Shown here in pieces: positions 55,191 to 64,000 of a stretch of DNA of 64,000 bases (the first letter of the stretch is position 1; each line of letters opens with the position of its first letter). The position numbers were made by a program, and so were the translations under genes. Where the stretch lies: assembly GCF_009914755.1 (NCBI RefSeq), contig NC_060933.1, one strand, 5' to 3'. The notes beneath the pieces were generated by a model, which was not told where the DNA came from, made no database searches, and saw only the letters and a list, made by a program, of their open reading frames with translations. The DNA comes from the human T2T-CHM13v2.0 reference genome, Homo sapiens.

Positions 55191-58100
55191 CATTCCATAC
55201 CATTCCATTCTATTCCATTCCATTCCATTCCATTTCGTTCCATTCCGTTCCATTACATTCCATTCCATTCTATTCGGGTTAATTCCATTCTATTCCATTC
55301 CATTCCATTCCATTCCATTCCAATCTATTCCATTCCATTGCAATCGAGTTGAATCCATTGCATTTCATTCCATTCCATTCCATTCCATTCCATTGCAATC
55401 GAGTTGAATCCATTGCATTTCATTCCATTCCATTCCATTCCATTCCATTCCGGAAGATTCCATTCCATTGCATTCCATTCCATTCCATTCCCCTGCACTC
55501 GCGTTGATTCCATTCCATTCCATTCCATTCCATTCCATTCCATTCCGTTCCGTTCCGTTCCGTTCCATTTCATTCCATTCCATTCCATTCCATTCCTTTC
55601 CGTTCCATTCCATTCCATTCCATTCTATTCGGGTTAATTCCATTCCATTCCATTCGATTGCAATCGAGTTGATTCCATTCCATTCCATTCCATTCCATTC
55701 CATTCCATTCCAATCGAGTTGATTCCATTCCATTCCATTCCATTCCATTCCACTCCATTCCAGTCCTTTCCATTCCATTCCACTCGGGTTGATTCCATTC
55801 TATTCCTTTCCATTGCATTCCATTCCATTGCAATCGAGTTGATTCCATTGCTTTGCATTCCATTCCATTCCATTCCATTCCGGATGATTCCATTTCATTG
55901 CATTCCATTCCATTCCATTTCCCTGCACTCGGGTTGATTCCATTCCATTCCACTCCATTCCCTTCCATTCCATTCCATTCCATTGTATTCGGGTTAATTC
56001 CATTCCGTGCCATTTCATTCCATTCCATTCCATTCCATTCCATTCTATTACAATCGAGTTGATTCCATTCCATTCCATTCCATTCCATTCCTTTCCATTC
56101 CAGTCCTTTCCATTCCATTCCACTCGGGTTGATTCCATTCTATTAGTTTCCATTCCATTCCATTCCCTTCCGTTCTACTCTGGTTGATTCCATTCCTTTC
56201 CATTCCACTCGAATACATTCCCTCCTATTGCACTTGGAACGATTCCATTCCATTCCATTCCATTCCATTCCATTCCATTCCATTCCATTTCCTTCCATTC
56301 CATTCTATTCCGTACCATTCCATTCCATTCCATTCCTTTCCATTCCATTCCATTCCATTCCACTCTTGTTGATTCAATTCCTTTCCATTCCATTCGGTTT
56401 GAAGGCATTCCATTCCATTCAATTCCATTCCATTCCATTCCATTCCATTCCATTGTACTCGGGTTGATTCCATTCCATTGCATTCCATTCCATTCCATTC
56501 CATTCCATTCCGTTGCATTCCATTCCATTACATTCGGACTGATTCTATTCAACTCTCTTACTCTCCATTCCATTCCATTCCATTCGGGTTGTTCCGTTCC
56601 ATTCCATTCCATTCCACTCCATTCCATTGCACTCGTGTTGATTCCATTCCATTCCATTCCGTACCATTCCATTCCATTCCATTCCATTCCATTCCGTTCC
56701 ATTCCGTTCCATTCCATTCCATTCCATTCTATTCGGGTTAATTCCATTCCATTCCATTCCATTCCATTCCATTCCATTCCATTCCATTCCATTGCAATCG
56801 AGTTGATTCCATTCCATTCCATTCCATTCCGTTCCGGATGATTCCATTCCATTGCATTCCGATCCATTACATTCCCCTGCACTCGGGTTGATACCATTCC
56901 ATTCCATTCCATTCCATTCCGTTCCGGATGATTCCATTCCATTGCATTCCATTCCATTCCATTCCCCTGCACTCGGGTTGATTCCATTCCATTCCATTCC
57001 ATTCCATTCCATTCCATTCCGTTCCATTCCATTCCATTCCATTCCATTCTATTCTGGTTAATTCCATTCCATTCCTTTCGATTCCATTCCATTCCATTCC
57101 ATTCCATTGCAATCGAGTTGATTCCATTCCATTCCATTCCATTCCGTTCCGGATGATTCCATTCCATTCCATTCCATTCCATTCCATTCCATTCCCCTGC
57201 AGTTGGGTTGATTCCATTCCATTCCATTCCATTCCATTCCATTCCATTCCATTCCGTTCCATTCCATTCCATTCCATTCTATTAGGTTTAATTCCATTCC
57301 ATTCCATTCCATTCCATTCCATTCCATTCCAATCGAGTTGATTCCATTCCATTCCATTCCATTCCATTCCACTCCATTCCAGTCCTTTCCATTCCATTAC
57401 ACTCGGGTTGATTCCATTCTATTCCTTTCCATTCCATTCCATTCCATTGCAATCGTGTTGATTCCATTGCTTTGCATTCCATTCCATTCCATTCCATTCC
57501 GGATGATTCCATTCCATTGCATTCCTTTCCATTCCATTCCCTTGCACTCGGGTTGGTTCCATTCCATTCCACTCCATTCCGTTCCATTCCATTTCATTCC
57601 ATTCCATTGTATTCGGGTTAATTCCATTCCATTCCATTCCATTCCATTCCATTCCATTCCAATCGAGTTGATTCCATTCCATTCCATTCCATTCCATTCC
57701 ATTCCATTCCATTCCTTTCCATTCCATTCCACTCGGGTTAATTCCATTCTATTCATTTCCATTCCATTCCATTCCATTGCAATCGAGTTGATTCCATTGT
57801 TTTGCATTCCATTCCATTCCATTCAATTCCGGATGATTCCATTCCATTGCATTCCGTTAAATTACATTCCCCTGCATTCGGGTTGATACCACTCCATTCC
57901 ATTCCGTTCCATTCCATTCCGGATGATTCCATTCCATTGCATTCCATTCCATTCCATTCCCCTGCACTCGGGTTGATTACATTCCATTTCCTTCCCTTCC
58001 ATTCCTTTCAATTCCATTCCATTCCATTCTATTCGGGTGAATTCCATTCCATTCCATTCCATTCCATTCCATTCCATTCCATTCCATTGCAATCGAGTTG

Positions 58101-61100
58101 ATTCCATTCCATTCCATTCCATTCCGTTCCGGATGATTCCATTCCATTCCATTCTATTCCATTCTATTCCATTCCATTCCGTTCCATTCCATTCCATTCC
58201 ATTCTATTCGGGTTAATTCCATTCCATTCCATTCCATTCCATTCCATTCCATTCCATTCCAATCGAGTTGATTCCATTCCATTCCATTCCATTCCATTCC
58301 ACTCCATTCCAGTCCTTTCCATTCCATTACACTCGGGTTGATTCCATACTATTCCTTTCCATTCCATTCAATTCCATTGCAATCGAGTTGATTCCATTGC
58401 TTTGCATTCCATTCCATTCCATTCCATTCCGGATGATTCCATTCCATTGCATTCCATTCCATTCCATTCCCCTGCACTCGGGTTGATTCCATTCCATTCC
58501 ACTCCATTCCATTCCATTCCATTCCATTCCATTTTATTCGGGTTAATTCCATTCCATTCCATTCCATTCCATTCCATTCCATTCCATTCCATTCCATTCC
58601 ATTACAATCGAGTTGATTCCATTCCATTCCATTCCTTTCCATTCCATTCCATTCCATTCCAGTCCTTTCCATTCCATTCCACTCGGGTTGATTCCATTCT
58701 ATTAGTTTCCATTCCATTCCATTCCCTTCCATTCCACTCTGGTTGATTCCATTCCTTTCCATTCCACTCGAATACATTCCCTCCTATTCCACTCGGAACG
58801 ATTCCATTTCATTCCATTCCATTCCATTCCATTCCATTCCAGTTCGTTCCATTCCATTCTATTCCGTACCATTCCATTCCATTCCATTCCTTTCCATTCC
58901 ATTCTTTTCCACTCGTGTTGATTCCATTCCTTTCCATTCCATTCGGTTTGAAGGCATTCCATTCCATTCAATTCCATTCCATTCCATTCCATTCAGTTCC
59001 GTTCCATTCCATTCCATTCCGTTCTATTCGGGTTAATTCCATTCCATTCCATTCGATTGCCATTGTGTTGATTCCATTCCATTCCATTCCATTCCATTCC
59101 ATTCCATTCCATTCCATTCCATTCCTTTCCATTCCATTACGGATGACTCCATTCCATTGCATTCCATTCCATTCCATTCCCCTGTACTCGGGTTGATTCC
59201 ATTCCATTCCATTCCACTCCATTCGGTTCCGTTGCATTCCATTCTATTGCATTCCATTCTATTCGGGTTAATTCCATTCCATTCTATTCCATTCCATTCC
59301 ATTCCATTCCATTGCAATGGAGTTGATTCCATTCCATTCCATTCCATTCCGGATGATTCCATTCCATTGCATTCCATTCCATTCCATTCCCCTGCACTCG
59401 TGTTGATTGCATTCCATTCCATTCCATTCCATTCCGTTCCATTCCATTCCATTCCATTCTATACCGGTTAATTCCATTCCATTCCATTCCATTCCATTGC
59501 AATCGAGTTGTTTCCATTCCATTCCTTTCCATTCCATTCCATTGCCTTGCATTCCACTCGGGTTGATTCCATTCCCTTCTTTCCACTCCATTACATTCCC
59601 TTCCATTCCACTCGGAATGATTGATTCCATTCCATTCCATTCCATTTCATTCCATTGCAATCCATTCCAATCCATTCCATTCCATTCCATTCCACTCGAG
59701 TTGACTTCATTCCATTCCTTTCCATTCCATTCCATTCCTTTCCACTCGAGTTGATTCCATTCCATTCCAATCCATTGCATTCCATTCCATGCCATTCCAC
59801 TCGGGTTGATTCCATTCCTTTGCATTCCATTCCATTCCATTCCATTGCATTCCATTCCATTCCATTCCGTTGCATTCCATTCCATTACATTCGGATTGAT
59901 TCTATTCAACTCCCTTACTCTCCATTACATTCCATTCCATTCGGGTTGTTCCATTCCATTCCATTCCATTCCACTCCATTCCATTGCGCTCGGGTTGATT
60001 CCATTCCATTCCATTCCATTCCATTCCATTCCGGATGATTCCATTCCATTGCATTCCGTTCCATTACATTCACCTGCACTCGCGTTGATTCCATTCCATT
60101 CCATTCCATTCCATTCAATTCCATTCCATTGCAATTCGTTCCATTCCATTCTATTCCATACCATTCCATTCCATTCCATACCATTCCATTCCATTCCATT
60201 CCATTCCATTCCTTTCCGTTCCATTCCATTCCATTCTATTCCATTCCATTCCGTTCCGTTCCATTCCATTCCATTCCATTCCATTCTATTCGGGTTAATT
60301 CCATTCCATTCCATTCGATTGCAATCGAGATGATTCCATTCCATTCCATTCCATTCCATTCCATTCCATTCCATTCCATTCCATTCCATTGCACACGGGT
60401 TCATTCTATTCCATTCCATTCCATTCCATTCCATTCCATTCCATTCCATTCCATTTCATTCCATTCCATTCTATTCCGTAGCATTCCATTCCATCCCATT
60501 CCATTCCGTTCCATTCCATGCCATTACACTCGGTTTGATTCCATTCCTTTCCATTGCATTGTTGTTGAATCCATTCCATTCCATTCCATTCCATTCGAAT
60601 CCATTCCATTGCACTCGGGTTGATTCCATTCCATTCCATTCCATTCCATTCCATTCCATTCCATTTCATTCCATTCCATTCCATTATATTCGGATTGATT
60701 CTATTGAATTCCCTTACACTCCATTACATTCCATTCCATTCGGGATGTTTCCATTCCATTCCATTCCGTTCCACTCCATTCCATTGCATCAGGTTGATTG
60801 CATTCCATTCCATTCCATTCCATTCCATTCCATTCCGGATTATTCCATTCCATTGCATTCCATTCCATTCCATTCCCCTGCACTCGGGTTGATTCCATTC
60901 CATTCCATTACATTCCATTCCATTCCAATCCCCTGCACTCGCGTTGATTCCATTCCATTCCATTCCATTCCGTTCCATTCCGTTCCATTCCATTCCATTC
61001 CATTCCATTCCATTCCGTTCCGTTCCATTCCATTCCATTCCATTCTATTCGGGTTAATTCCATTCCATTCCATTCGATTGTCATCGAGTTGATTCCATTC

Positions 61101-63010
61101 CATTCCATTCCATTCCATTCCATTCCTTTCCATTCCATTACGGATGACTCCATTCCATTGCTTTCCATTCCATTCCATTCCCCTGTATTCGGGTTGATTC
61201 CATTCCATTCCATTCCACTCCATTCGGTTCCGTTGCATTCCATTCTATTGCATTCCATTCTATTCGGGTTAATTCCATTCCATTCTATTCCATTCCATTC
61301 CATTCCATTCCATTGCAATGGAGTTTATTCCATTCCATTCCATTCCATTCCGGATGATTCCATTCCATTGCATTCCATTGCATTCCATTCCCCTGCACTC
61401 GTGTTGATTCCATTCCCTTCCATTCCATTCCATTCCGTTCTTTTCCATTCCATTCCATTCTATTCCGGTTAATTCCATTCCATTCCATTCCATTCCATTT
61501 CATTCCATTCCATTCCATTGCAATCGAGTTGATTCCATTCCATTCCTTTCCATTCCATTCCATTGCCTTGCATTCCACTCGGGTTGATTCCATTCCCTTC
61601 TTTCCACTCCATTACATTCCCTTCCATTCCACTCGGAATGATTGATTCCATTCCATTCCATTCCATTTCATTCCATTGCAATCCATTCCAATCCATTCCA
61701 TTCCTTTCCATTCCACTCGAGTTGACTTCATTCCATTCCTTTCCATTCCATTCCATTCCTTTCCACTCGAGTTGATTCCATTCCATTCCATTCCATTGCA
61801 TTCCATTCCATGCCATTCCACTCGGGTTGATTCCATTCCTTTGCATTCCATTCCATACCATTCCATTGTATTCCATTCCATTCCATTCCGTTGCATTCCA
61901 TTCCATTTCATTCGGATTGATTCTATTCAACTCCCTTACTCTCCATTACATTCCATTCCATTCGGGTTGTTCCATTCCATTCCATTCCATTCGACTCCAT
62001 TCCATTGCACTCGGGTTGATTCCATTCCATTCCATTCCATTCCATTCCGGATGATTCCATTCCATTGCATTCCGTTCCATTACATTCCCCTGCACTCGGG
62101 TTGATACCATTCCATTCCATTCCATTCCATTCCATTCCATTCCATTCCGGATGATTCCATTCCATTGCATTCCATTCCGTTCCATTGCCCTGCACTCGGG
62201 TTGATTCCATTCCATTCCATTCCATTCCGTTCCATTCCATTCCATTCCATTCTATTCTGGTTAATTCCATTCCATTCCTTTCGATTCCATTCCATTCCAT
62301 TCCATTCCATTGCAATCGAGTTGATTCCATTCCATTCCATTCCATTCCGTTCCGGATGATTCCATTCCATTCCATTCCATTCCATTCCATTCCATTCCCC
62401 TGCAGTTGGATTGATTCCATTCCATTCCATTCCATTCCATTCCATTCCATTCCATTCCATTCCATTCCGTTCCGTTCCATTCCATTCCATTCCATTCTAT
62501 TCGGGTTAATTCCATTCCATTCCATTCCATTCCATTCCATTCCATTCCAATCGAGTTGATTCCATTCCATTCCATTCCATTCCATTCCACTCCATTCCAG
62601 TCCTTTCCATTCCATTACACTCGGGTTGATTCCATTCTATTCCTTTCCATTCCATTCCATTCCATTGCAATCGAGTTGATTCCATTGCTTTGCATTCCAT
62701 TCCATTCCATTCCATTCCGGATGATTCCATTCCATTGCATTCCTTTCCATTCCATTCCCTTGCACTCGGGTTGATTCCATTCCATTCCACTCCATTCCGT
62801 TCCATTCCATTTCATTCCATTCCATTGTATTCGGGTTAATTCCATTCCATTCCATTCCATTCCATTCCATTCCATTCCATTCCAATCGAGTTGATTCCAT
62901 TCCATTCCATTCCATTCCATTCCATTCCATTCCATTCCAGTCCTTTCCATTCCATTCCACTCGGGTTGATTCCATTCTATTCATTTCCATTCCATTCCAT
63001 TCCATTGCAA
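55191..63010 (+). repeat. Higher-order super-unit copy 3 (~7.8 kb, rearranged at right end)
   Basis: Same markers at ~55340, 56227, 57854, 58039, ~59054, 59614, 60391 and ~60786. The offset to copy 2 is 8240 at the start and ~8690 after a ~450-bp insertion at ~55570-56020. Confidence 0.88.
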
Positions 63011-63189
63011 TCGAGTTGATTCCATTGTTTTGCATTCCCTTCCATTCCATTCCATTGCGGATGATTCCATTCCATTGCATTCCGTTAAATTACATTCCCC
63101 TGCACTCGGGTTGATACCATTCCATTCCATTCCATTCCATTCCATTCCATTCCCGATGATTCCATTCCATTGCATTCCATTCCATTCCA

Positions 63190-63440
63190 TTCCCCTGCAC
63201 TCGGGTTGATTACATTCCATTTCCTTCCCTTCCATTCCTTTCCATTCCATTCCATTCCATTCTATTCGGGTGAATTCCATTCCATTCCATTCCATTCCAT
63301 TCCATTCCATTCCATTCCCCTGCACTCGGGTTGATTACATTCCATTTCCTTCCCTTCCATTCCTTTCCATTCCATTCCATTCCATTCTATTCGGGTGAAT
63401 TCCATTCCATTCCATTCCATTCCATTCCATTCCATTCCAT
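63190..63440 (+). repeat. Local tandem duplication, 2 x 125 bp
   Basis: GATTACATTCCATTTCCTTCCCTTCC...GGGTGAATTC occurs twice; GAATTC at 63272 and 63397. Confidence 0.88.
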
Positions 63441-64000
63441 TCCATTCCGTTCCGTTCCATTCCAATCCATTCCATTCTATTAGGTTTAATTCCTTTCCAT
63501 TCCATTCGATTGCAATCGTGTTGATTCCATTCCATTCCATTCCGTTCCATTCCATTCCATTCCATTCCTTTCCATTCCATTACGGATGATTCCATTCCAT
63601 TGCATTCCATTCCATACCATTCCCCTGTACTCGGGTTGATTCCATTCCATTGCATTCCAATCCATGCCCTTGCACTCGTGTTGATTCCATTCTTTCCATT
63701 CCATTCAAGTTGAATCCATTCCATTGCATTCCATTCCATTCGATTCCATTCGATTGCACTCGGGTTGATTCCATTCCATTGCATTCCATTCCATTCCATT
63801 CCATTCCATTCCATTCCAATCCATTCCGTTCCATTCCATTCCATTACATTCGGATTGATTCTATTCAATTCCCTTACACTCCATTACATTCCATTCCATT
63901 CAGGTAGTTTCCATTCCATTCCATTCCATTCCTCTCCATTCCATTGCACTCGGGTTGATTCCATTCCATTGCATTCCATTCCATTCCATTCAATTCCATT

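Larger units (their letters stand above)
1..64000 (+). repeat. Satellite III (HSat3) array, (CATTC)n on + / (GGAAT)n on -, pericentromeric heterochromatin type
   Basis: CATTC pentamers run from the first to the last base. They are interrupted roughly every 50-150 bp by ACTCGGGTTG/ATTCGGGTTA-type decamers (reverse complement CAACCCGAGT), the established hallmark of satellite III as opposed to the CATTCGATGAT-type units of satellite II. Strand polarity never changes. Confidence 0.98.

Noticed and set aside
176-63907. Hundreds of ORFs on both strands (poly-FHSIP, poly-WNGME)
   Set aside because: These are an expected artefact: a 5-bp repeat without stop codons translates to the same pentapeptide in all frames. 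There is no domain, splice structure or unique sequence, so none is annotated as CDS.
1-64000. CRISPR-like alternation of conserved motifs and intervening sequence
   Set aside because: The intervening sequence is the same pentamer rather than unique spacers, spacing is irregular, no cas genes are present, and the DNA is a eukaryotic satellite.
1-64000. Satellite II, alpha satellite or telomeric repeat identity
   Set aside because: There are no dense CATTCGATGAT-type 23/26-bp units, 171-bp monomers or TTAGGG arrays. Isolated TTAGGGTTAA (~10331, ~42331, ~48602) are single substitutions of TTCGGGTTAA.
1-64000. Inversion breakpoint or Alu/L1 insertion
   Set aside because: I scanned the whole window: polarity stays CATTC on + and no non-satellite stretch or poly(A) tail was seen.
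1-64000. Assignment to a chromosome or HSat3 subfamily (e.g. 9q12, acrocentric arms, DYZ1)
   Set aside because: This cannot be determined by eye. The lack of a strict 3.6-kb or 1.8-kb tandem period argues against the homogeneous DYZ1/D15Z1 cores, but a subfamily k-mer or T2T search is required.

Overview
The whole 64 kb is one uninterrupted array of classical human/great-ape satellite III (HSat3). It consists of (CATTC)n/(GGAAT)n pentamer runs punctuated by the diagnostic A(C/T)TCGGGTTG decamer and about a dozen other conserved variant cassettes, with the C-rich strand on + throughout. I see no protein-coding gene, RNA gene, transposon insertion, inversion or CRISPR array. The hundreds of ORFs (poly-WNGME on -, poly-FHSIP on +) arise because the pentamer has no stop codon. 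The information lies in the array's architecture. (i) The cassettes follow a fixed order with short (~0.85-0.9 kb) and long (~1.7-1.9 kb) loops. (ii) Nested duplications range from 35 bp to ~8.7 kb, including a near-identical 2551-bp tandem pair at ~17.1-22.2 kb and three mosaic copies of a 6.3-8.7-kb super-unit at ~40.7-63.4 kb. (iii) The 5-bp register is strongly preserved, and its ~90 slips are almost all -1. (iv) A recurrent cassette, ATTCC-GGAAG-ATTCC, is a perfect three-unit heat-shock element; it is common in the first 41 kb and nearly absent from the young block. (v) A 14-bp perfect palindrome recurs. Chromosome and HSat3 subfamily cannot be assigned without a search. All positions and counts were read by eye and may be off by a few bases or copies.
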